Positions 25,600 through 36,875 of a stretch of DNA of 64,000 bases are shown piece after piece. The position numbers were made by a program, and so were the translations under genes. The DNA lies in contig ML992503.1 of assembly GCA_010093995.1 (NCBI GenBank), positions 1-64,000 of the forward strand. The letters are read 5' to 3'. Source of the stretch: Elsinoe ampelina. Taxonomy: Eukaryota. The number at the start of each line of letters is the position of its first letter. The first letter of the stretch is position 1. The notes under the pieces were generated by a model. The model made no database searches. It was not told where the DNA came from and saw only the letters and a list, made by a program, of their open reading frames with translations.

Positions 25600-26330
25600 C
25601 CTCTAATCGTGTTGGACGACGCCGACCTTGCAGAAGCAATACAAGGAGTGACGTTCGCGATCGCAGCCCTGAACTGGCAAATCTGTATCATGGGCTCCCG
25701 TGTATACGTACATGAACGCATCGTCGACAAACTCGTCGATGGATTGAAAGCAGCCTATGAGCAACTTGTAGCCGGACTTGGAAGCGACCTGCTGAGCAGA
25801 GAGACGGTCATGACCCCGATATTTCACCATCGCTAATTCGATTCCGGTTTCAAGTGGCTTGAGAAGGGTAAGACCGAAGCGGAGCTCATCACTGGGGGTA
25901 CTCGCCATGGGACGAATGGAGCTTACATCAAGCCCACCATCTTCCTGAACCCCGAATTGCGGCGCCGAAATTGTTCAAAACTAGATCCGTGGGCCCGTGG
26001 TAGTGGTTCAGACGTTTACGGATGAAGCAGATGTGAACCGTCAGGCGAATGACACCGAATATGGTCTTGTGGCATACCTCTTCATCAAGAATGTCGACAG
26101 AGCGATGCGAGTCTCGAACCAGCTCGAGGCGGGCAATATCGGAGTGAATACCGCACTCGGCCTGGTCGACTGAGAAGCTCCTTTTGGCGGCTACATAGGT
26201 ATGTCTCATGAAATTGATCGCTTGAGTTCTTTCGTGGAACTGACACTCTATAGGAAGTAGAATCGGGCAGGAGAATGGTTTAGGGCAGCACTATACGCAG
26301 CCCAAGACTGTCGTAATCAAATACCAGACA
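25600..26330 (+). pseudogene. Aldehyde dehydrogenase, C-terminal fragment with frameshifts and stops
   Basis: DDADL..QICIMGSRVYVHE, YIKPTIF, GPVVVVQTF, ANDTEYGL, LEAGNIGVN and APFGG, spread over several frames with stops. Confidence 0.85.
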
Positions 26331-26922
26331 TAAATGTACATCAGGTTGGCAACCCATACACGATGGGTCGTTGATACAATGAACATGATCGAGAAGTGGA
26401 AAAATACCGTACATCGGTATTCAACCATGTATGACAATTGCAATGATTATGATCGAATTGATCTCATCACACGAATGTTGTTGCGCCATCTCCGCACCAC
26501 ATTTTCCGAGCGTACACAATTGTCCTTCAAAGATCAATCCATCGATACGGTACCGAACATTGTCCAAGACATCTCATGGACGCAAGTTCTCCCAAATTTT
26601 CTGGGACGAAGATCGAATCGAATCAGAGCATAGCACATCATGTCAGGCGCTGCGTGTGCCCTGTGGTACGGTGCGAGGCCGTTCAAGGCTGACACTTTTG
26701 TTATGCCAGCCTCACATCAAGAAGCCTTGCTATTACCTTATGGCAAGGTAAGCTGTACAATTACGCCTAGTCGGCTGAATGGCAGGTTGGCTCAATCATA
26801 GATGGAAACTATTCTCTTCAGTTTTGCGTTCACTTTGATACAGGATGCTGAATACTCTACGCTTACCGACACGGACATGATTTGTCGTATCATAGATCAA
26901 ACCCTGCAGTTTCACGTGGACA

Positions 26923-29916
26923 ATGGATCAACTTCCTGGCAGCCAGGACCTCAATAATGGCGGCGGCGCATCAGGAAACATTTCACCACAGCAGAATGCG
27001 TTCACTGGAGACGAGATCGGGAGGATTTTCGATGGCACAAGCGACCGGAACATGTCATCCATGGCATGGGCAAGCAGTCAAATCACCCTTCGGTATCCTA
27101 CCACTGGATGTCTAAGAGAGGCCGCTATACCACTACCTCTGGCGCCTGGCGATTTCTGTCTCGACGGTTTCTACTGCCCAAATTCAACCGATCAGATGCC
27201 ACCGCAGTACTGTCCACCCACTGAAGCATGTCAAGTGTCCCGCGACCATGGCCAATTCTGCTCTCCTCAAGGATTCTTGGAACCACAGATTTGTGGTCAA
27301 GGATTCTACTGTCCACCTCGAGGCAAACAGCAGCTTGAATGCCCATCAGGCCACTTCTGTCCATATGGGACGGTTTCACCTGTGAAGTGCGACCCTGGAG
27401 CATACTGTCCAGCCGGCAGTTCTAAGCAAATTCCCCTACTTCCCTTAGGCATGACTGCAGTAGTGGACGGATTCCTAATTTCCATTGTCATCATCGGCCT
27501 CCTTCTCGTCAGGTATAGCAAGTCTCGACCAAAGGCTCGCGATGTTGAGGAGGACCAAGAGAGCACGATCGATCTTAGACAACGCAAGTTTCACGACCCA
27601 GACTGGTTGACTAACCCACCGGTCTATCCTCGCGACGTTCACCATCAACATCAAGGGCCACACGACGAGAAGCCTGCGCCCTCCACTAAGAGTATTCTAC
27701 GAAGACAGCAGTCCGAGCAATGCGTCAAGACGGAGTCACGCAAAGTTTCGTTCTCGGCTCGTGCAATCAGATCCGACAGCTCATCCAAGTACAGCCGGTC
27801 CACAGGCCCAAGCCGAGCAAGCAGCTTCAAGTCAATCTTCTACCCTGAGATCGAGACGAGGAGACAACTTCATTTCAGAAGGTCAGGCACCAAAGAGCGG
27901 AAATCAAGTATACCACTTATCAGTCACTGGAGCAAGAGCTCATCATGGATAAGCGCAGATCCTTCGCTGCATTGTATGGCGTATAGCGAGACTTGGAGTC
28001 CAGTGGACGACTTTGAGAGCAATCCACAGATGCAGATATACCTTAAAGGACTGTCCGATGCGATTCAGACACAAGATCTTGGATTATCGTTCCAGTTCAA
28101 GGATCTAAGCTACAAGATCAAAGCTGCCGGAGAAGTGCTGAGCGGGGTGACAGGCACTATACGACAGGGTTCCATGTTTGGCATCATGGGAGGCACAGGG
28201 GCTGGTAAATCGACATTGTTGAACATACTGATGGGCAAGCGAAAGCAGAGCCGCGGTACCGTGAAGATCTGTGGTTGGGAGAAAGACATGTCCGAGTACG
28301 GCAAGCTGGTAGGATATGTCCCACAGATGGATGTGCTGCTACCGGAGCTTACCGTAAGAGAGAACATGCTTCACTCGGCAAGATGTAGACTACCCAAAGC
28401 ATGGAAAGACCGCCGCATCCAGGAGTTCGTAGACGCCCTCATATCATGCCTTGCTCTTGGCCACGTGCAGCATTCACTCGTCGGAGACACTCGGAAGCCC
28501 ATCATATCTGGTGGACAACGCAAGCGCCTCAGTATAGGTATTGAGCTCGCCGCTGCTCCAATGGCGATCTTTTTGGACGAACCCACCACTGGATTGGATG
28601 CGACATCCGCCATGTCAATCATGCGTCTTCTGAAAACAATCTCGGACATCGGTGTCACAACAGTAGCCATCGTACACCAACCACGAGAGGAGATATTCGA
28701 CTCATTCGATTCTGTACTCCTTCTCGCAGACGGGAAACAGCTGTATACCGGTCTAACAAATCACTGTCACGGGTACTTTACTAACCAAGGTTTCTCTTTT
28801 CCCTCTCGGTCCAACCCGGCGGACGTTCTCATGGACATCATCACGGGTGATGGGCAGCAGTACTCCTCCAAGTCCCACTTCGAGACTAGCACTGTCTCGC
28901 TGGCAAACTACTGGTCCACTACAGGTCGTTTCTTCAAATGGCCACCTTCTACCCGCAAATCCTCCATCAACACTTTGAAGCTGCAAAAGTCTCTTCCTGC
29001 GCGACCACATCAGTCTCCACACGAGCAGTCGTCCGCTCTCCACAGGACGATATCCTCCCGCGGCGCTCCCTGGATTTCTCAACTCTACTTTGTCCTCCTC
29101 CGTTCCACAACCCAGCAACTCCGCACCCGCACCTCCTTCTTCTTCGAGATCTCCGTCTCCTCCATCGCCGGCTTGATCATTGGTCTCTCTGCTTTCTCCT
29201 CAGGTGGACATCTGTTCCACGGTATCTTCCGCGCGCCATTCGCTCTCTTTTCGCCTGCCGTGGACAATACTTCAGCCCTTCAGCTCGCTCTGTTATCCTC
29301 CGTGGCTATTGGGCTCTGTGCATCAGCTCCGGGAGTTCGGGTCTTTGGTGAGGAGAAGTTGTTGTATGCTCGTGAGACTGGAGCGGGACATTCGAGGTCG
29401 GCGTACTATATTGGGAAACATATATCGACCTTCTTGCGGATATGTCTGGCGGTGCTGCATTTCACTGCGCTTCTGCTGGTGCTGGCTACACCCAGGATGA
29501 GCTTCACCGAAGCGTACAGTGTGAATGTGGCTTACTTCTATGCTATGTATGGTGTTGCGGGGACTGTGTCGGTCCTGGTCAAGAGAGAAGACGGCCCTCT
29601 CCTTGCTTTGTTGGTCAGCCTGGTATTGGGCGTCTTTGGTGGCGTTGCTCCAGGTTTGGCAAGGGTGAAGGAGTGGGGAATGGAGTGGTTGTGGAGGATG
29701 GGACCAGGTGTTTGGTTATGTGAGGCGTACTTTGACAAAATAGCAGGAGGTACTGGTGGGATATACATATTAGACCTCGCAGAAGAGGCCACCGGCATGC
29801 AGCTCGGAAGATTTTCAGTGGATGTGGTAGTGATCTTCGCCCTGGGAACGGTGTACAGACTAATCGGCTTTGGCGCTATGCTAGCAGCCGATTGGATCAA
29901 GAAGAGGCGAGGGTAA
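26923..29916 (+). CDS. Half-size ABCG transporter (NBD-TMD) with an N-terminal Cys-rich repeat region; the true start may be upstream
   Basis: Walker A GGTGAGKS, signature ISGGQRKR, Walker B IFLDEPTTGLD and VHQPR. C-terminal TM helices. Repeated CxxGxYCP units followed by a single TM helix. Confidence 0.9.
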   Translation: MDQLPGSQDLNNGGGASGNISPQQNAFTGDEIGRIFDGTSDRNMSSMAWASSQITLRYPTTGCLREAAIPLPLAPGDFCLDGFYCPNSTDQMPPQYCPPTEACQVSRDHGQFCSPQGFLEPQICGQGFYCPPRGKQQLECPSGHFCPYGTVSPVKCDPGAYCPAGSSKQIPLLPLGMTAVVDGFLISIVIIGLLLVRYSKSRPKARDVEEDQESTIDLRQRKFHDPDWLTNPPVYPRDVHHQHQGPHDEKPAPSTKSILRRQQSEQCVKTESRKVSFSARAIRSDSSSKYSRSTGPSRASSFKSIFYPEIETRRQLHFRRSGTKERKSSIPLISHWSKSSSWISADPSLHCMAYSETWSPVDDFESNPQMQIYLKGLSDAIQTQDLGLSFQFKDLSYKIKAAGEVLSGVTGTIRQGSMFGIMGGTGAGKSTLLNILMGKRKQSRGTVKICGWEKDMSEYGKLVGYVPQMDVLLPELTVRENMLHSARCRLPKAWKDRRIQEFVDALISCLALGHVQHSLVGDTRKPIISGGQRKRLSIGIELAAAPMAIFLDEPTTGLDATSAMSIMRLLKTISDIGVTTVAIVHQPREEIFDSFDSVLLLADGKQLYTGLTNHCHGYFTNQGFSFPSRSNPADVLMDIITGDGQQYSSKSHFETSTVSLANYWSTTGRFFKWPPSTRKSSINTLKLQKSLPARPHQSPHEQSSALHRTISSRGAPWISQLYFVLLRSTTQQLRTRTSFFFEISVSSIAGLIIGLSAFSSGGHLFHGIFRAPFALFSPAVDNTSALQLALLSSVAIGLCASAPGVRVFGEEKLLYARETGAGHSRSAYYIGKHISTFLRICLAVLHFTALLLVLATPRMSFTEAYSVNVAYFYAMYGVAGTVSVLVKREDGPLLALLVSLVLGVFGGVAPGLARVKEWGMEWLWRMGPGVWLCEAYFDKIAGGTGGIYILDLAEEATGMQLGRFSVDVVVIFALGTVYRLIGFGAMLAADWIKKRRG

Positions 29917-30007
29917 TGATAAGGTCAATGAGAATTGTCCAAGGGGTATAATGCTATAAATCAAGGCCAACCGCTATAAACAAAGTCAATCAGCTTACAC
30001 ATCCTGG

Positions 30008-31528
30008 TCAATCTTTCTCCAGTGGCATCCTTGAATGGTGACCTTCATCCTTAATCCTGATCACGACCTTCCCTGTTGCATCGCACCACACTGGATTCGC
30101 CTTCCTGATGTGATTCCGACTGGATATGTAGAGCATCAAGTAGACATGCTCAATCACTTCGCCCCAGCAGAAGACGCGCACCTGGCCCAATCTTTCCACA
30201 GAACCACCTTTTTCGTCAGGAACCTGTTGAGGCGTCCGAACACACCAGACACCCCAGCCCGCATTACCCACCTCGATGACTTGTGACATGAAGGTCCAGA
30301 AATATCTTTCTATTTGTGGCGTCCATTGGGGAGTAAAAACCCAGTAGCCTCTCTCTCGAGGTCGAATTGCCCGGGCAACGTGCTTTGGAGCGTAACGATC
30401 TTTAATGTCTTCGTTGCTCTTCATGGTTCGAAAGTTTGGCGTGACAAACGTGGTGGGCTCAGGCACAATCGAGACGGGCGCAGGTGGTGGCATGATCGAA
30501 AGGCTTAGCGGCGGAAGGGCTTCGGCGGTCAGCGGTAGGCTCGCTGACCCATTCCAGTTTTGAGATGACTTGTTCAGGATCTTTGCTTGATCTTGGGATT
30601 GAGGATGTCTCTGTGTCTTAGCTGGATTGATACACACTCCGGGAGACCCTGAGCGCTCTTGGGGGGTCACTCTCAGAATGGATTTCTCGGTAACTGGAAA
30701 CTTTGGTGGCATTGGTCTCGATGGCGTAGCACGTACAATCTCCGGCGAGGTTGATTCGATTGTCAATGGAGGCCGCGTAGGCTTCTTGGTAAGCTGTTCT
30801 GGTGTCTTGGACAAGATCTGCTTCCGCCGGGATCTCACAGGTGTCCGCAAGGGCTCAAGGGAGTGTGATTGATTCGTGTTGGAGCCTTTTGATGTTCCAT
30901 CACTGATCGAGTATGTGCTTGGTAACTCGACAGGGACGCCATCGTCTGACCAAGAATTGCTCCCATGATGGACCGGGCGAGTTGAAAAATCAGTCTGTGG
31001 AGCCGGGTCAGGTAATTCCGCCGCCTCCTGGGCGCCAGTTGCGACCTTTGTACCAGCGTCCTCGTCGTTGTGGCTGATCTGTCTCGGTACCTCGATAGAC
31101 AGGGCTGTCTGAGAAAGAACTTCATGCACTAGTCTCTGAGTCGAGGCCTCCGTGCTGTTCGGCGAGCGAAGTCCATGGTTGCTGCAACGTTCGTCCCTCC
31201 CATGACTGGCGAGCGCGTCGGTCTTACTAGGGCTCGACAGAAAATGCGAACTACCAATCGAACCAGCACTATCTTTTAAGGCCCGCTGGAGACTGGACGT
31301 GATGATCTGAGACTCGAGCACGGATATGGCTAGTTGTGTATCATCGATGTAGGCAAAGTCACGAACATCGAGTCCTTGACTGGAACCTGCTGACTCGCCA
31401 CTGCTCTGATGACAGGAAAGTCTCTGTCGCTTGTTGCTTTCGAATGCGACATACCCGCGAGCTTGTCTCCGGTACTGCTCATCGTTCTGATTTGATGTCT
31501 TTGCTGAAATGTGGGCTAGTATCTCCAT
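30008..31528 (-). CDS. Hypothetical protein with a low-complexity middle and a Trp-rich C-terminal region
   Basis: 506-aa ORF. C-terminus ERGYW..FW..GNAGWGVWCVR..VFCWGEVIEHVYLMLY looks like a conserved domain. Confidence 0.75.
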   Translation of the reverse strand: MEILAHISAKTSNQNDEQYRRQARGYVAFESNKRQRLSCHQSSGESAGSSQGLDVRDFAYIDDTQLAISVLESQIITSSLQRALKDSAGSIGSSHFLSSPSKTDALASHGRDERCSNHGLRSPNSTEASTQRLVHEVLSQTALSIEVPRQISHNDEDAGTKVATGAQEAAELPDPAPQTDFSTRPVHHGSNSWSDDGVPVELPSTYSISDGTSKGSNTNQSHSLEPLRTPVRSRRKQILSKTPEQLTKKPTRPPLTIESTSPEIVRATPSRPMPPKFPVTEKSILRVTPQERSGSPGVCINPAKTQRHPQSQDQAKILNKSSQNWNGSASLPLTAEALPPLSLSIMPPPAPVSIVPEPTTFVTPNFRTMKSNEDIKDRYAPKHVARAIRPRERGYWVFTPQWTPQIERYFWTFMSQVIEVGNAGWGVWCVRTPQQVPDEKGGSVERLGQVRVFCWGEVIEHVYLMLYISSRNHIRKANPVWCDATGKVVIRIKDEGHHSRMPLEKD

Positions 31529-31841
31529 GGGTGAAGGTCATGGCTCGGGCGAAGGCCGCAGAGACATGCAAGAAGACAGCATCGTTGGGCCTCGTGAGAT
31601 CTACTGAAAGATGATCCGATGATATTGAAGAGTGCTGAGGAAAGGTCGCCTCTGGATACAATGGATGACACGTGAAGATGAGCCGCATCGGGCTTGCCGC
31701 TTTGAGCCTAGCCGCGCCAAGATTTCGGTCGCCCCACCATTTTTGATTTTGGACGTGGAGGTCGAAATAACTTCAAGCGCTTCTCACGTACATCAGCTGC
31801 CGCCTTTCATTGCGCAGACACAATCATCCCACACATTGATC

Positions 31842-33671
31842 ATGGCGCCAGTATCTCTCCTTGATCTGGTGTCCGCACTACCCTCGGGCGACACCTGGGG
31901 TCCGCCAACCACGACCGAGACGACTCTTAATGGCGTCCCATACGCACCGTTTTCAAAGGGGGATAAGCTGGGTCGCATGGCCGATTGGACCTCGGAAGGC
32001 AGAGATCGAGAGCGAGGAGGTCGCCAGCAGTACAACAGAAACTACAGGGGTGGGTAGACATGGCAGCGAGGTCCATTCTCATACTGACTTTGCCGTAGAT
32101 CAAATATACGGAGCTGGATCCGGCCTGCAGTCAGTCTTCAACCTGGAAGGAGGTAATGAGGAGAGCTCTTTCGCCGTCGTAGATCACACTCGTACAACTA
32201 CGAGGGGACGTGGCTTCGGTCGAGGCGGCGGCACCGTGTTCCGCGGTCGCGGGCAAAGAGGCGGACCAGCACAGAGGGGAGGACGAGGCACATTCCAGCG
32301 TGTTGGTGGTAGAGGCGGTCAGCAGCAGTACGACTCTCGAGGTGGTCGTGGTGGACGAGGAGGCCGCAGACTTGGGTGGAAGGATTATGACAAGCCGCAA
32401 CGGACCCGTGAGGCCTCTGTCCAGCCCAAGGATAGCTGGCGGCTACTTGACGAGATTGACTTCAACCGTCTCCTGAAGCTCAACCTCGACACTGGCGACG
32501 GAGAAGATTTGGATGACTATGGATTCCTCTACTACTACGATCGCGGCTACGACAAGCAGCCTGGAGCACCAACCTCGATCAAGAAGCTGAATGTCGTGGA
32601 GCGAGCAGCATACAATGTTTCGACCTCCCAAGATCCGATCATTCAAGAGCTGGCCGAGAAGGACGAGGCCAGTATCTTCGTGACAGACAACATCCTTTCC
32701 ATGCTCATGTGCGCCCCACGATCAGTGTACTCGTGGGATCTGATCATCAACCGCCAGAACAACAAGATCTTCATTGACAAGCGCGAGGGGTCGAACATCG
32801 ACCGTGTCACAGTCAACGAGAATGCCGCAGATGCACCCCTTGAGACTAGCGAGAACGCAAAGGACACGATCAACAACGTTGCCGGTCTCATGGACGAGGC
32901 TACTCACATCAATCACGTCTTCCCTATCCAGGTTGTTCACGAATCCGAATCATCAAAGAAGGACATGTCAAACGAGCATCCCTTCTACAACGCCGCCGAG
33001 GAGACCGATCCACCCGCTTCCAAGGCATACAGGTACAGACGATTCGACCTCTCTCTCGAAGCTGACGCCGAGCCTCTCCACATTGTCGTCCGTACCGAGC
33101 TCGATGCCGTTGTCAAGAACGTGCTCAATGGCGAGGACCAAATGCTGGTTATCAAGGCGTTGAACGAGTTCGATAACAAAGCACAAGGCAGCGGTGGTGC
33201 TCTCGACTGGAGATCCAAGTTGGCAAGTCAGCGTGGTGCAGTCGTAGCCACTGAGATGAAGAACAACAGTTGCAAGCTCGCTAGGTGGACTACTCAGGCA
33301 ATGCTGGCCAAGGCTGATCTGATGAAGCTCGGGTACGTCTTCTTTTCTTGTGCCATCCATGACAAATCTAACACTGTAACAGTTTCATCTCCCGCGTGAA
33401 TCCCAAATCAGCGAACGACCACGTCATTCTCGGTGTGCTTGGTTACAAGCCCCGCGAGTTTGCTGCGCAGATGAACCTCAACCTCAACAACGGCTGGGCT
33501 ATTGTGCGTACGTTTGTCGACATGGTCATGAGAGAGCCCGATGGAAAGTACGTCCTCGTCAAGGATCCTAACAAGCCTACCTTGCGCATCTACAGCGTGC
33601 CACAGCACACCTTTGAGGAAGATGGAGATGATGGAGAGCCAGTGCTGCACGAGGACGGTAACGAGGAGTAG
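31842..33671 (+). CDS. EIF3D: Eukaryotic translation initiation factor 3 subunit D, 3 exons (introns 32050-32098 and 33333-33382)
   Basis: [24 protein letters not shown]-rich tract, [35 protein letters not shown] and [10 protein letters not shown]. Confidence 0.95.
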
Positions 33672-34048
33672 ATCACCGTCGATGGATGTAGAAGCCATGA
33701 TGATCGAGCGTGAATGATGATGAGGACGATGCGGGTGGCTTGATAGACCAGCGGAAATGACACGATTTCGCTTCCTCCTGCAATTGACATGCCCGTTGAA
33801 CCATCCCATAAGGCGGTCTTCGGGCCCACGCCACGGCTCAGTCTTGTCATGAGACACACCCAATGCCACAAATCTGGCGACTGCTTGAACGTAAGCTGCT
33901 CGGCGGAAGTCGGGGCTGCGGGGATTCGCGGTGATGATGTTTCGGAGGTGGAGCCCACCGTCACCACCGCCTCACAACACTTACATATAAATTCTTTTGG
34001 CTTGCATTGCCCTTCGTCAATGATAACACAACAGCCTTGAACAAGAGC

Positions 34049-35142
34049 ATGTCCCATGGCACCGTAGGACTCATATCGATATATATTGACAGCGTCGCTG
34101 ACTGATGAAAAGGACAATGACGTCGGCCCACTTGCGTCACTCGTAGCAGGAGGACTTGCAGGAGGGACTGAAGCCACCTTGACGGTAGGCTGAGAATCGC
34201 TCGATGAACTACCTGGTAATGACACGAACAGTACCCATTCGAATTCGCAAAGACTCGGGTACAGCTCAAAGTCGAAGCCGGAGCATCTACGAGCCGCAAT
34301 CCTTTCAAGGTCGTGGCTGATGTTGTGCGAGAAGAGGGACCTCGAGCATTGTACAAGGGCTGCGGCAGTCTGGTCATCGTGCGTGTCCTTTTCCGACCAA
34401 GATATTGTCTAGCTCACCAACTTCAAGGGCACTGTGGCAAAAGATGCCATTCGGTTTCTCACATTCGATCGGATCAAAGATGCCTTCAAGGACAAGGATA
34501 CAGGAAAGCTCTCCGCTGCCAACTCGCTTCTAGCTGGGATGTCGGCTGGCATAGTAGCCTCAACACTCGCCGTCACACCCACAGAGAGAATCAAGACTGC
34601 CTTGATCGACGATGCTCGTTCAAAAGGCGCACGCCGCTTTCGAGGAGCCATCCACTGCACGACGATCTTGATCGCGGAGAATGGATTGAAGGATGTCTAC
34701 CGAGGATATGTCACAACCACGCTCAAGCAAATGGGAACGACCACTTTCCGGTTAGGCAGTTACAGCATCATCAAGGATTACGAATCGACGAAAGGGATCG
34801 AGCAGACCACAGGTGTGAACTTTGCAAATGGAGCAGTCGCTGGTACCATCACCACCTATGCTACTCAAGTATGTCATCCGACTTGCACGCTCTCCACCGC
34901 GAGAATTTTGCTGACCATTCCAGCCGTTCGATGTGGTGAAGACCAGGGCTCAAAGCGCAAAAGGTGCCGGAACAGTGGAGGCATTCCAAAGCGTGATGGC
35001 AGACTACGGCGTGAAGGGACTCTGGAGAGGCACCACTATGCGTCTTGGCCGTACAGTCTTCGCAGGCGGTATCCTCTTCACAACTTATGAGGCCATAGTG
35101 AAAGTGATGAAGAGGGTTCTGCCTCAGTCGTCACTGACATGA
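34049..35142 (+). CDS. Mitochondrial carrier, tricarboxylate/citrate-carrier-like (CTP1-like), ~5 exons
   Basis: Three Px[DE]xxK motifs (YPFEFAKTR, TPTERIKT, QPFDVVKTR), plus KDAIRF and LWRGTTMRLGR. Confidence 0.85.
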
Positions 35143-35379
35143 TTACCCTAATGCACCTAACGACTATCCCATGCCGCCGACATGTCGAGAAGACGGAATG
35201 CTATGGCTCCGTTCCGGGCTAAACCAGACTCACATCACTGCCGGGTATATGCGCCTTTAGGATCGAGTTGTTAGCACAGAGAGTCGCATTCACATGACTT
35301 CGGCGCAGCTTGCGATTCGCAGCCAAGGCATGCGCCACAAGGGATCAATCCCTTATAAATCCGCGTCTTCACCCCGTCC

Positions 35380-35943
35380 AACCACTAGTCCTCAATGATC
35401 ACCAGTTGTGATGCTTGAGTCTTTCTTAGGTACGCATCTTCTGCAGTGTCCTTGTAGTCTTCTCGATCAGAATCGATGAATCCTGCTTTGGCTATCGATC
35501 GTGGGGTTATCATCAGCGAGCGGCCTTGATATGGATTAGAACTCAGTACAGTATCAGAAGTGTCAGGACGGGCCTACCGTTGATACTTCTGTCCGTGGCG
35601 ATCCTCATCATGCAGGCGGCACGATCGATCTGCTCCCCAAATTCAACGCCACGATCTACTAACCACTGCTCATACTCAGCAGAGCGGATTGCACTCTTGA
35701 TTCAGCATGGGGCCACGTAGTTGATGCGTATACCCTGCTCATGTGGATTGCGGCGTGCCGTGCGCATAAAACCTCGAAGGCCATACTTGGTGGCGGTGTA
35801 TCCCCAGTTGCCCTGCAAATTGTTAGTATGTAATGGTGCGGCTGCCAGAGCATGTATGTACCGGTGAGTCGATCCAAGCCACCATACTACCCGTGATGAT
35901 GAAACACCGATCCCTATCCTCAGTGTCCGGCTGTCGTCTAAGT
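35380..35943 (-). pseudogene. Short-chain dehydrogenase 3' half, 5'-truncated, with premature stops
   Basis: RQPDTEDRDRCFIITGSMVAWIDSP [intron] GNWGYTATKYGLRGFMRT..GIRINYVAPC*IKSAIR..D.SING [intron] RSLMITPR. Coding similarity ends abruptly near 35943. Confidence 0.8.
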
Positions 35944-36145
35944 TAGTGGAGATTCGGGCCTGGCGGGTCCGCAGGGCTGGGGCCCCTTGGGCGCTGCAAG
36001 CGCCCCAGCCACCACTCCAACAGTACATATACACGATATTTAGGCTGTCAAGGTACGGGTCGTCCTCCACTTCATCCGACTTGAATCTTCCATTGCTGTA
36101 CAATCCATTTCGTCTAGTGCTGATCTTTGAATATCCAACACCATC

Positions 36146-36875
36146 ATGGCTGTTCACCGCCAACAGAGCGTCACTGCCGTGCGCGCCATCTTGGATACGA
36201 ATTTGAATGAGAGCTTTGTCTGGGAAGCACTGCAAATGCCCGGCAATGGTGTCGCCAGGATCGATGATCGCCCTCTTCACAAAGGCCACAAAGCACTTGC
36301 CATGATCGGAGACGCGCACATGCGTGCCATCCTTGTTGAAAGCTTCTATCGCAGAGGCCTCACACCGGGTCTGTCACTTTTCAGTTACTTGATGTGCTTC
36401 ATCTTAATTGTGGTAGAAACCATCAACAACAACGCCCAGAGCCGCCTGGGTAACGAAGATCTCGCGGGGGTTTGCGATCGCCTCGGTTTGACGCAATATA
36501 TAAACATCAACCCGGCCAATAGGGGCGCTATTGGATGGCAAGTGAAGGCTGGCACTGTCGAAGCCCTGATCGGGGCCGCGTACCTGTCTGGAGGTAGTGC
36601 TCGCGCCAGAGAAATTATGACTGTCATGGGTCTGCTAGGTAACGTTACAATTCTATCCCATATACCGAGCTTCCATGCTCTTTACAACGAATCTAGGGAC
36701 AAATGCATTTACGCAGACGCTCCCGGGGTGGTCGACGAGAAGGCCCCCGATGCTCCCTTCGGGAAGGACTTCAGAGCGACTCACTTGGCATGTCTTGAGG
36801 GAACGATTCCGGCAGGCTGATGGACGGCAGTTCCTACTTCCTGCCGGGGTCTCTTCCCCCCGCCATGCGAGGTGA
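36146..36875 (+). CDS. Stand-alone RNase III-domain protein without a dsRBD (Mini-III-like); intron 36369-36416, probable second intron 36639-36696 (stop at 36875 if spliced, 36820 if retained)
   Basis: EAL..HKALAMIGDA (signature Asp), NEDLA and KAGTVEALIGAAYL (catalytic Glu). Both introns have GT-AG ends. Confidence 0.8.

Noticed and set aside
33590..34225. 211-aa minus-strand ORF
   Set aside because: It overlaps the eIF3d end and the carrier start in antisense and has no family features.
35702..36319. 205-aa minus-strand ORF ending in SDR-like sequence
   Set aside because: It is a chance chimera of RNase III antisense sequence, the junction, an intron and one SDR exon.
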